Shown here piece after piece: positions 50,179-61,834 of a stretch of 64,000 nucleotides of DNA. Position numbers and translations under genes: made by a program. Origin of the DNA: Mustelus asterias (Eukaryota). Under the pieces are notes generated by a model, which was given only the letters and a program-made list of their open reading frames with translations, made no database searches and had not been told where the DNA came from. Numbering within the stretch: the stretch's first letter is position 1; the number at the start of each line of letters is the position of its first letter. Location: positions 12,896,001-12,960,000 of the forward strand of contig NC_135808.1 of assembly GCF_964213995.1 (NCBI RefSeq), given 5' to 3'.

Positions 50179-51820
50179 TTAACGATAGTCAACATGGTTT
50201 TGTGAGAGGGAGGTCATGCCTCACTAACCTGGTGGTGTTTTTTGAAGAAGTGACCAAAATGGTTGACGAAGGAAGGGCCGTGGATGTTGTCTATATGGAC
50301 TTTAGTAAAGCGTTTGACAAAGTCCCTCATGGTAGGCTAGTGAAAAAGGTTGGATCCCATGGGATAAAGGGGGAGGTGGCTAGATGGGTGGAGAACTGGC
50401 TTGGTCATAGAAGACAGAGGGTGGTAGTGCAAGGGTCTTTTTCCGGCTGGAGGCCTGTGACTAGTGGTGTACCGCAGGGCTCTGTATTGGGACCTCTGCT
50501 GTTTGTGATTTATATAAATGATCTGGAAGAAGGAGTAACTGGGGTGATCAGTAAGTTTGCGGACGACACAAAACTGGCAGGACTTGCAGATAGTGAGGAA
50601 CATTGTCAGAGGCTACAGAAGGATATAGATAGGCTGGTAATTTGGGCAAAGAAATGGCAGATGGAGTTCAATCCTGATAAATGCGAAGTGATACATTTTG
50701 GTGGGAATAATGTAAGGAGGAGCTACACGATAAATGGAAGAACCATAAAGGGTGTAGAGACGCAGAGGGACCTGGGTGTGCAAGTCCACAGATCTTTGAA
50801 GGTGACGTCACAGGTGGAGAAGGTGGTGAAGAAGGCATATGGCATGCTTGCCTTTATAGGACGGGGCATAGAGTATAAAAGTTGGGGTCTGATGTTGCAG
50901 ATGTATAGAACGTTGGTTCGGCCGCAATTGGAATACTGCGTCCAGTTCTGGTCGCCACACTACCAGAAGGACGTGGAGGCTTTGGAGAGAGTACAGAGGA
51001 GGTTTACCAGGATGTTGCCTGGTATGGAGGGGCTTGGGTATGAGGAGAGATTGGGGAAACTGGGGTTGTTCTCCTTGGAAAGACGGAGGATGAGGGGAGA
51101 CTTAATAGAGGTGTATAAAATTATGAAAGGCATAGATAGGGTGAACGGTGGGAAGCTTTTCCCTGGGTCGGTGGTGACGTTCACGAGGGGTCATAGGTTC
51201 AAGGTGAAGGGGGGGAGGTTTAACACAGATATCAGAAGGACATATTTCACACAGAGGGTCGTGGGGGCCTGGAATGTGTTGCCGGGCAAGGTGGTGGAGG
51301 CGGACACACTGGGAACGTTTAAGACTTATCTAGACAGCTATATGAACGGAGTGGGAATGGAGGGATACAAAAGAGTGGTCTAGTTTGGACCAGGGAGCGG
51401 CGCGGGCTAATTGTTCCTTGTTTCTCGTGGAAGTGGAAATGACTAGGGTTGGGAAGCATTTTCCGATCAGGGCCATTGTGATCTCCTGGACTCGTTTCGA
51501 TCGCCTCAGGGGGTCGGAGAGGAATTTCCCAGATTTTTTTTTCCCCATATTGGCCCTGGGGTTTTTCACTCTGGGTTTTCGCCTCTCCCTGGAGATCACA
51601 TGGTCTGGAATGGGGGGGTGGGGGTGAGTTAATAGGTTGTAATGAACAAAGCATCGTAGCTGTGGGGGACAGCTCGGTGGATAGGATATTGGTATGTAGA
51701 TAGGCTGGAAAATTGGGCGGGGATCCTGGATTCAGGATTCAATCCTGGACCGGGGAGCGGCGCGGGCTTGGAGGGCCGAAGGGCCTGTTCCTGTGCTGTA
51801 TTGTTCTTTGTTCTTTGTTT
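50179..51820 (+). mobile_element. Young 5'-truncated CR1 LINE (open RT ORF 50202-51383) with extended 3' UTR
   Basis: DFSKAFDKVPH, GVPQGSVLGP, FADD; tail (TTCTTTG)n; nearly identical to the inverted copy at 55.85-57.87 kb. Confidence 0.96.
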
Positions 51821-53439
51821 GTTGGTGCGCTCTCTCAATCAGCAAAAAAGCTGAAAACCTGTACATTGTAACAAGTTTAAAAATATTCTAATAAAGACAG
51901 ATTTACAGCATCATTGTTTTAACATTTGCAGGATTAGTGAGGTGAATCGCTCAATTTCCGTATCTGCTGCTACCCTGTCTATCGGAAAGTTCAAAGGTCC
52001 TTTACAGTACACAGCGTGGAGAGAAATAATAGACTCCATTAATCCCAGTAAAACTCATGTTAATTTTCCTGATTATGAATCCAGTTATAAATAAACTAAA
52101 CGGGCTCCATGATCCCAAATGAAATACTCGCATTGTCGGTTGTTAACCGTCGGGACTCTCTCCATTCTCAAATTTTACTTTCTGTGGGGTTTTTTGGGTA
52201 AATGTCTGAAGCCCTCCACCTGTCAAAGCAGCGAAGGGATCTGGATAACCAGAGGAACAGAGCACCAATCTCAGGATCTGAAATAGAATTGCTCCAGGAG
52301 ACTGGATTGGTCTCGTCTGTCATTCTGGGAAACATTGTTTATCATGAAGCCATACAGACATTAGAGAGGCAGGATTTTACAGTCTTATCCATCCTGAAAC
52401 TGGAAAATCCCACCCGAGTTCAATGGACCTTCCCATTGCGGCACGGTGGCTCAATGGTTAGCGCTGCTGCCTCACAGCGCCAGGGACCCAGTTTGATTCC
52501 ACCCTTGGTCACTGTCTGTGTGGAGTTTGTACATTCTCCCCGTGTCTGCGTGGGTTTCCTCCGGGTGCTCCTCCCACAATCCAAAGATGTGCGGGTTAGG
52601 TTGATTGGCCATGCTAAAAATTGACCCTGGTGTCAGGGGGATGAGCAGGGTAAATGCATGGGGTTACACGAATAGGGCCTGGGTGAGATTATGGTCATAC
52701 AGACTTGATGGGCTGAATGGCCTCCTTCTGTACTGTAGTGGTTCTGTCTGCCCCTCACCCACTCTGATACCCGGGGCGGGCAGGTTTGTAAAATTATGGC
52801 ATAAATGTTTAACGGCAGATAATTTGTTTGGTGGAATTGTCACCTTACTCAAGAAGAGGGGCTACAGAGACTGTGAGCCTGCATTGGATAAGGGAGGCAG
52901 TGTGGTGATCTTATTGAAATGTTCAAGGTTCAAAACAGAAGAGAGAATGTAAACGTCCACAGGTTTAACATATTCACAGAGTCGAGATCAGGCATAGCTT
53001 TAAATCTAGAGTGGGGAGGGTGACAAGGCAGTTTGGATTGAGTGAGGTTGAGTTTTTGAGTGACTCCATCGAGGTAGTGAGCCAGTGAACCCACCGCTCA
53101 CTCTATGGATTTGATCAGAGGCCCAATCCATTCTCAGGGCTGATCTTCAGAACAATTTCACTGGGCGGTCTCTCAGGGGTTTGCAGTGTGGGAGGTGATC
53201 GGAGACAAGAACTCCTCCCCCGGCTCCGGTGAGTTGGCGGGGGTGGTGCGGGCGGTGGGTGGAATATGAATATACAGAGGGGGTGAGAGAGGGAATATTT
53301 ATTATTATTTATTAACTTCACATTAACATTACGCAGTTACTGTGACAATCCCCAAGTGGCCACAGTCTGGCGCCTGTTCGGGTGCACTGGCGGAGAAGTT
53401 AGCATGGCACTCATGCACTCACTATCCCACACTATCTGC

Positions 53440-53810
53440 CACCTAACTGCTCTCTATTCGCTGCACTCTCAAACCTTTGTGCTCTCGCTCACCCTCTCTC
53501 TCATTCCCCTCTCAATCTGCCTCTTTACTGCTCCCTCCACTCCCACTCGCTGCTACCCTGTTTTCTCTCTTCCCATCTGCACCAACCCACCTCCCTTCAC
53601 TTTCTCTCTCTCTCTCTGACGTTCCCCTTATTCCTTCCCTTCTGCTCTCTCCTCACTTCTCTCCCCCCGCTCTCTCTATGTTCCCATCCCATTCCTGCTG
53701 TCTCACCCCTATCCCTCATTCTCCTCTCCCCGTCAAAAACCTTTCCCCTCTCTTCCTCCTTCCTCACACTCTCTCCCGTCCTCACTCCCTCTCTCTGAAT
53801 CACTGACTGT
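53440..53810 (+). repeat. Pyrimidine-rich (CT) low-complexity tract upstream of the PRY/SPRY exon
   Basis: Almost exclusively C/T with (CT)n runs. Confidence 0.8.
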
Positions 53811-54007
53811 GTTACTTTAATGTTCCTCCAGCTCCAGCCTCTCTTACTCTGGATCCGAGCACAGTGCATCCTCAGCTCATCCTGTCTGAGGGCTGGACTA
53901 GCGTGAGACGCGGAGAAAAACAACAGCGGCTTCCTGACACCCCGGTGAGATTTGATTACTGGGAATTTATCCTGGGATCAGAGGGATTCACATCAGGGAG
54001 ACATCAA

Positions 54008-54310
54008 GGGCGGCACGGTGACACAGTGGTTAGCACTGCTGCCTCACAGCGCCAGGAATCCGGGTTCGATTCCCGGCTTGGGTCACTGTGTGGAGTTTGC
54101 ACATTCCGTGTCTGCGTGGGTTTCCTCCGGGTGCTCCGGTTTCCTCCCACACTCCAAAGATGTGCGGGTTAGGTCGATTGGCTATGCTAAATTGTCCCTT
54201 AGTGTCAGGGGTCTTCCTAGGGTAAATGCATGTTGTTATGGGGATAGGAGCTGTGAGGTGCAGACTCGATGGGCCAAATGGCCTCCTTCTGCACTGTAAG
54301 ATTCTGTGAT
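54008..54310 (+). mobile_element. V-SINE inserted inside the TRIM PRY/SPRY exon
   Basis: Splits the conserved SGRH|YWEV motif. Confidence 0.92.
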
Positions 54311-55849
54311 TACTGGGAGGTGAAGGTAGGGGAGAAGACAGAGTGGATTCTGGGAGTGGCCTGAGAGTCTGCGAACAGGAAAGGGTTTATGTCCCTGAGA
54401 CGGGATTCTGGATTGTGGAGCTGATTCCTGGAAGAGGTTATTTTGCCTCCACCTCCTCCTCACGGACCCCCCTCACCCCGAGTATGAATTCTCGGAAGAT
54501 CGGAGTTTTCCTGGATTGTGAGGGTGGACAGGTGTTATTTTACAATGCGGCAACATGTCCCATCTCCACATTTTCACCCACACTTTCACTGAGAGAATCT
54601 TTCCCATCTTCAGTCTGGAAGAGAATTACACCTGGAAAAACTCCGCATTGCTGACAATCTGCAGGATGAAAGGTCACTTACAGATCCATCCCATAATCTC
54701 ACACCGTCTCCCTGCCTCCTGCCAGCTGTAAACTGATGAAACCTGTTCATATTGTGGTTATTATATAGAATTATAATTTACGCTGGCGGCTACATTTGTA
54801 AAATGATTCTATAAACAGAACAATCTGAGAACCACTGGAATAGAAACAGTTTTTTTGGGGATAGGTGGACGGGCCTGGGTGAAATTCTCTTTCCGGGAGT
54901 CAGTGCAGATTTAGGCTGAATGGCCTCTTTCTGCATTGTAGGTGCACGGTGGCACAGTGTTTAGCACTGCTGCCTCACAGCGCCAGGGATCCCGGCTTGG
55001 ACCACTGACTGTGTGGAGTCTGCACGTTCTCCCCATGTCTGCGTGGGTTTCCTCCGGGTGCTCCGGTTTCCTCCCACAGTCTGAAAGACGTGCTGGTTAG
55101 GGTGCATTGGCCATGCTAAATTCTCCCTCAGTGTACCCGAACAGGCACCAGAGTGTGGCGACTAGGGGATTTTCACAGTAACTTTGTTGCAGTGTTAATG
55201 TAAGCGTACTTGTGACACTAGTAAATAACTTTAACTTAGACAGCTTAGAGAGGATTGTTTTCTTTGGAGGAGAGAAGGTTGAGAGGGTCTGGAAAAACTG
55301 GTGTACTGGTGGAAGGATTGAGCACTGATTTTAAAATTTATTTATTAGTCACAAGTAGGCTTACATTAAAACTGCAATGAAGTTACTGCGAAAATCCCCT
55401 AGTCACCACACTCTGGTGCCTGTTCAGGTACACTGAAGGAGAATTTAGCACGGCCGATGCACCTAACCACTGCAGTCTGCAGAGTGATAGAGTCTGCAGA
55501 GTGACCCAAGCTGGGAATCGACCCCAGGTCCCTAGCGCTCTGAGGCAGCGGTGCTAACCACTGTGCCACCGTGCCACCTGTATCTATGTAACTGAAGTTG
55601 CTGATCGCTGGAACCATTCTCACGTTTCGTTTCTGCACTCTCGCCAGTGCCTTCACATCCTTCCTAAAGTGTGTCTTCCACAACTGGATGCAGTACTCCA
55701 ATTCAGGATGAATCAATGTTTAAACAAGTTTGACATAAACTCCTGTAACTCTATGCCCCTATTAATAATTCCCGGGATACTGCATGTTTTTTTATAAGCA
55801 TACTCTCAACCTGTTCTGCCACCATCAACGATTTATCCACACAGGTCAA

Positions 55850-57875
55850 AAGAACAAAAGAACAAAGAACAATACAGCACAGGAACAGGCCCTTCGGCCC
55901 TCCAAGCCCGCGCCGCTCCCCGGTCCAGGATTGAATCCTGAATCCAGGATCCCCGCCCAATTTTCCAGCCTATCTACATACTAATATCCTATCCACCGAG
56001 CTGTCCCTCACAGCTACGATGCTTTGTTCATCACAACCTATTAACTATCCCCCACCCCCCCATTTCAGACCATGTGATCTCCAGGGAGAGGCGAAAACCC
56101 AGAGTGAAAACCCCAGGGCCAATATGGGGAAAAAAAAACTGGGAAATTCCTCTTCGACCCCCTGAGGCGATCGAAACGAGTCCAGGAGATCACACTGGCC
56201 CTGATCGGAAAATGCTTTCCAACCCTATTCATTTCCACTTCCACGAACACCATATGAATTCCCTGCCCCCGAGACAGGTTCCCAACTATCCACAGTCTCG
56301 CTCTGTACTGGCACCAGCAAGATGATCATAGAATGAAGCCTTGAAACGAGAAACAACGAACAATTAGCCCGCGCCGCTCCCTGGTCCAAACTAGACCACT
56401 CTTCTGTATCCCTCCATTCCCACTCCGTTCATATAGCTGTCTAGATAAGTCTTAAACGTTCCCAGTGTGTCCGCCTCCACCACCTTGCCCGGCAACACAT
56501 TCCAGGCCCCCACGACCCTCTGTGTAAAATATGTCCTTCTGATATCTGTGTTAAACCTCCCCCCCTTCACCTTGAACCTATGACCCCTCGTGAACGTCAC
56601 CACCGACCCGGGGAAAAGCTTCCCACCGTTCACCCTATCCATGCCTTTCATAATTTTATACACCTCTATTAAGTCTCCCCTCATCCTCCGTCTTTCCAAG
56701 GAGAACAACCCCAGTTTCCCCAATCTCTCCTCATAACCAAGCCCCTCCATACCAGGCAACATCCTGGTAAACCTCCTCTGTACTCTCTCCAAAGCCTCCA
56801 CGTCCTTCTGGTAGTGTGGCGACCAGAACTGGACGCAGTATTCCAAATGCGGCCGAACCGACGTTCTATACATCTGCAACATCAGACCCCAACTTTTATA
56901 CTCTATGCCCCGTCCTATAAAGGCAAGCATGCCATATGCCTTCTTCACCACCTTCTCCACCTGTGACGTCACCTTCAAAGATCTGTGGACCTGCACACCC
57001 AGGTCCCTCTGCGTCTCTACACCCTTTATGGTTCTTCCATTTATCATGTAGCTCCTCCCTACATTATTCCCACCAAAATGCATCACTTCGCATTTATCAG
57101 GATTGAACTCCATCTGCCATTTCCTTGCCCAAATTTCCAGCCTATCTATATCCTTCTGTAGCCTCTGACAATGTTCCTCACTATCTGCAAGTCCTGCCAG
57201 TTTTGTGTCGTCCGCAAACTTACTGATCACCCCGGTTACTCCTTCTTCCAGATCATTTATATAAATCACAAACAGCAGAGGTCCCAATACAGAGCCCTGC
57301 GGTACACCACTAGTCACAGGCCTCCAGCCAGAAAAAGACCCTTCCACTACCACCCTCTGTCTTCTATGACCAAGCCAGTTCTCCACCCATCTAGCCACCT
57401 CCCCCTTTATCCCATGAGATCCAACCTTTTTCACTAGCCTACCATGAGGGACTTTGTCAAACGCTTTACTAAAGTCCATATAGACAACATCCACGGCCCT
57501 TCCTTCGTCAACCATTTTGGTCACTTCTTCAAAAAACACCACCAGGTTAGTGAGGCATGACCTCCCTCTCACAAAACCATGCTGACTATCGTTAATAAGT
57601 TTATTCCTTTCTAAATGCGCATACATCCTATCTCTAAGAATCTTCTCCAACAACTTCCCCACCACGGACGTCAAGCTCACCGGCCTATAATTACCCGGGT
57701 TATCCTTCCTACCCTTCTTAAATAACGGGACCACATTGGCTATCCTCCAATCCTCTGGGACCTCACCTGTGTCCAGTGACGAGACAAAGATTTGCGTCAG
57801 AGGCCCAACGATTTCACCTCTCGTCTCCCTGAGCAGCCTTGGATAGATTCCATCAGGCCCTCGGGATTTGTCAGT
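55850..57875 (-). mobile_element. Young 5'-truncated CR1 LINE (open RT ORF 56391-57734), same subfamily as 50179-51820
   Basis: NYRPVSLTS, QHGF, DFSKAFDKV, FADD; same extended 3' UTR, here about 105 bp longer. Confidence 0.96.
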
Positions 57876-59588
57876 CGCCCTGCTCCTGCTCCCACTTTCG
57901 AATGGTACCCTTTATTTTATATTGTCTCTGTGCACATGGGCGGAACAGTGGTTAGCACCGCTGCCTCACAGCGCCAGAGACCTTGGTTCAGTTCCAGCTT
58001 TGAGTGTCAGTCTGTGTGGAGTTTGCACGTTCTCCCTGTGTCTGTGTGGGTTTCCTCCGGGTGCTCCGGTTTCCTCCCACAGTCCAAAGATGTGCGAGTT
58101 AGGATGATTGGCCATGCTAAATTGATTCTTAGTGTCAGGGGGATTAATAGGGTAAACATTTAAGGTTCCGGGGATAGGGTCTGGGCGGGATTGTTGTTGG
58201 TGCAGGCTCGATGGGCCGATTGGCCGCTTCCTGCACTGTAGGGATTCTATGATCTCTTTAAAAAAAAGCAAACTGCCTTTAATTTCAGCTGCCACTTGTC
58301 TGCTCATTGCACCAACCTGTCCACGACAGTCCTTTTGAAATGCTCCACTATCCTCCTCACACTGCACGATGCTTCCAAATTTCAAAATTCATGCACCATA
58401 GACTAAGATCTCGGTCATTAAAATATATCAGAAAAGCAAGGGTCCCAACATTAACTCCTGGGGAACTCCACTACAACCCTCCTCCAGTCGGAAAAGCATC
58501 CAATAAGCATCATCCTCTGTTTCTCAGTCAGTTTTGTACCCATGTTGTTACTTCCCCTTTTATTCCATGTGCTCCACCTCTGGTCACAAATGTGTTGTGT
58601 AACACTGTTTCAATTGCCTTTTGGAAGTCCATGAACACCATATCAACTCTCTGCTCAGAATTCTGCTGAACAGGCATTGCAGGATTTCAAGGTTCCTGGG
58701 ATCCGGGGCGGCTCAATGGCACAGTGGCTAGCACTGCTGCCTCACAGCTCCAGGGACCTGAGTTCAATTCCCAGCTTGGGTCACTGTCTGTGCGGAGTTT
58801 GCACGTTCTCCCCATGGATGCGTGAGTTTCTTCCAGGTACTCCGGTTTCCTCCCACAGTCCAAAGATGTGCGGGTTAGGTTGATTGGCCATGCTAAATTG
58901 CCCCTTGGGGTCCCGGGATGTGTAGGTTAGAGGGATTAGTGGGGTAAATGTGTGATGTTGTGGGGATAGGACCGGGGGGTGGGATTGTTGCCAGTGCAGA
59001 TTCGATGGGCCGAATGACCTCCTTCTGCACCGTAGGGATTCTAAAGCAGCTTTGGTATCCCCTAATACCCTGCTGAGTCTGTCCATGGTGCATTCATTTA
59101 TTGGCTGTGATAGTCTGAGGATGTGAATCACAGCATAGTCTTTGTACTTCATGCTGGCTGCTTTACATGGAAGTTACAGCACTGAAGCATAACAGTAGCA
59201 GGTAATGGTAGAAGTTGCACAGAAGTAGGCCATTCGGCCCACCTCACCTATGTTTACGTTCCACATTAGCCTCCTTCATGTTTACACTATCAGGGTAACC
59301 TTCAGCTTCTTTCTTCAGCGTCTGTTAATCAAGTTGCTTGAATGTATCTGTACTAGAATCATAGAATGGTTACAGCACAGAAGGAGGCCACTCAGCACAT
59401 TTTCTTCACATTAGTTGTCTGCAACTGCAGCTCAGCTAGTCCCACTCCTCGACCTTTTCCCTGTAGCCCCCAGTTGGATCTGTCTCCACCACACGCTTGG
59501 GTAGTGCATTCCAGATCCAAAACACTTGTTGCATGAAGAAGTTTTTCCTCATGTCACCTCTGGTTCTTTTGTTAATCACCTTAATGTT

Positions 59589-59883
59589 TGTGGTGAACCA
59601 TCGTTGGTTCACCACTGGGGTTTGTTACCATGTTACTGTTGGGCTAGGGTGTTATTACTGTGGGGGTTGTACTATGTTGTTGGGTTAGGGTGTTTACCTG
59701 TTATGAGAGTTATCGTGGCACATTCCAGTGGGGTTCCGCCTCCGGTGGCAGGGTATAAGACCCCCTGCTCCGGCAGGACCCCTTCAGTCTGAACTGGTGT
59801 ATTCGTGTTAGTAGTTCCCTTGTTACTGTATTAAAGCCTTCAATACCAAAGCCTTGATTCCATGTGCTCATTGACGCGCATCA
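59589..59883 (+). mobile_element. Solo Gypsy-type LTR with 5-bp TSD (ATGTT)
   Basis: TGTGGTGAACCA...ATTGACGCGCATCA, termini matching the 41-kb Gypsy LTRs; TATAAG and ATTAAA present; TSD at 59584-59588 and 59884-59888. Confidence 0.88.
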
Positions 59884-60034
59884 ATGTTCTTGACCTTCTG
59901 CCGATGGTTTCTCCCCATTTACACCATCCAGATCCTACATGGCTTATTTGAACACGTCTAACAAATCTTCTCTCCACTTTCTCTTCTCCAAGGAGAACAG
60001 CCCCAATTTATCCACATTACTGAAGTCTCACATC

Positions 60035-60550
60035 AAAGAACAAAGAACTGTACAGCACAGGAACAGGCCCTTCGGCCCATCAAGCCTGTGCCGATACGTG
60101 GTTTCTATCCCTCTGTTCACCTCCCGTTCATGTATCTATAAAGATACACCTTGAACATTGCGAACGTGCCTGCTTCCACCACCTCCACTGGAAATGAGTT
60201 CCAGGCACCCACCACCCTCTGTGTGAAAAACCGTCCCCGCATGAGTCCCCTAAATTTGCCACCTCTCACCTCAAACCTGTGCCCTCTTGCAGTCCACCCT
60301 TCGACCCTGGGAAGAAGCCTCTGACTATCCACCCTATATATGCCTCTCATAATTTTCTGTCAGGTCACCCCTCAGCCTCCATCTTCCCAGTGAAAACAAT
60401 CCGAGTTGATCCACCCCTCCTCATACCTCCAGACCAGGCAACATCCTGGTGAACCTACTTTGCACCCTCACAAAGCATCCACATCCTTCTGTTAGTGTGG
60501 CGACCAGAACTGCGTGCAATATTCCAAATGCGGCCTAATTAAAGTTTTAT
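60035..60550 (-). mobile_element. CR1 LINE 3' fragment
   Basis: RGHRFEVRGGKF..FFTQRVVGAWNS..VVEAGT and CR1 tail. Confidence 0.85.
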
Positions 60551-61795
60551 ATCAGATGCATTCTTGTAAATCTTCTTTGCAGCCTTTCAAAGAGGCTCAC
60601 ATCCTTCCCACTGAGGCTGAGCCAGTGTTTTATGAAGGTTTATAAATTAATTGCTTTTGTACTCTGTGCTACTATTCATACAACCCAAGATTCAATATAA
60701 TTTATTAACTACTTTCTCAACCTGCCTGCCACCTTCAAAGATTTATGCACATTTACACCCATGTCCCTCTACTCCAGTATTTCCGTGCAAATCGTCCCCA
60801 TTATTTTATGTTGCACTTCCCAGTTCTTCTCATTAAAATGTATGATATTGCATTAAATGCCATCAGCTAGGTGTCTGCTCATTCCACCAGCCTGACTATA
60901 TGCTCGTGGAGTCTATCCTTATCCATAGCAGGGGAGGCAATGGCCTAGTGGTATTATCGCTATACTATTAATCCAGAAACTCAGTGAATGTCCTGGGGAC
61001 CCGGGTTTGAATCCCGCCACGGCTGATGCTGAAATTTGAATTCAATAAAAAATATCTGGAATTAAGAATTTACAGATGACCATGTAACCATTGCCGGTTG
61101 TCAGAAAAAACCCATCTAGTTCACTAATGTCCTTTAGGGAAGGAAATCTGCCATCCTTACCCGGTCTGGCCTCCATGTGGCTCCAGAGCCACAGCAATGT
61201 GGTTGACTCTCAACTACCCTCCAAGGGCAACTAGGGATGGACAATAAATGCTGGCAAGCCAGCAACGCCCATGTCCCGCGAATGAATAAATAAAAGTTCA
61301 CAATGCTTTCGCAAAAGTCTTGCACCATCTTCACATTTTGAAATTGTGCCGTGTACTTCCAAGGATTATAGACCCCTACAGTGCAGAAGGAGGCCATTCA
61401 GCCCATCGAGTCTGCATCAACCACAATCCCACCCAGGCCCTATCCACATACATTTACCCTAGCTAGACCCCTGACATTAGGGGCAATTTAGCATGGCCAA
61501 TCCACCTAACCCATTATCAATATACAACTGCAAAAGCAGTGATCCCTCTATGCATCATCCCCTGGTCAGAAGTAGAGATTTCTATAATTCATGTTTAAAA
61601 TAGGCTTGACTTAGATATTAAAATGTTGCATGAAGAAGTTTTAGCTCTGCTAAAGACTAATGGTCAGAAATATCACACGGTTTGAAATGAAATGCCGACC
61701 AGCACTAATACTTTTCCCTTAAAAAGCATTGTTTTACTGATGTTTGGCAACTCAAATGATTAATACATGGGAATAGAAATAGAAGATTTAGAAAA

Positions 61796-61834
61796 AGCTC
61801 TGATGAAGGGTCATCCTGACTTGAAACGTTAGCT
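61796..61834 (+). ncRNA. Minimal hammerhead ribozyme motif of a second PLE-derived repeat family
   Basis: agcu-CUGAUGA-aGGGUCA-ucc-UGACUU-GAAA-cg-UU-agcu, followed by CTCTCTCCACAGATGCTG.CAGACCTGCTGAG. Degenerate copy at ~62266-62385; partial inverted copy at ~7085-7190. Confidence 0.72.

Larger units (their letters stand above)
46155..54690 (+). pseudogene. TRIM (RING-Bbox-CC-PRY/SPRY; TRIM39/TRIM27/NF7-like) pseudogene
   Basis: RING start CPICLDFF..LDCGHNVCCSCI (46155-46276). Coiled-coil exon end to 47293|GT. 23-nt exon 48072-48094 with in-frame TGA. 116-nt exon 51932-52047 (GKFKGPLQYTAWRE). PRY/SPRY exon from 53832 ([23 protein letters not shown]-[SINE]-YWEV..WILGVA*ES..IGVFLDCEGGQVLFYNA). 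Confidence 0.92.

Noticed and set aside
51493-51512. Minus-strand CTGAGGCGATCGAAACGAGTC as a hammerhead in the CR1 UTR module
   Set aside because: Core is CUGAGGC rather than CUGANGA, and no convincing stem I or II forms.
53356-53923. Leu/Ser/Pro-rich and Arg/Glu-rich ORFs
   Set aside because: Artefacts of the CT-rich intronic tract.
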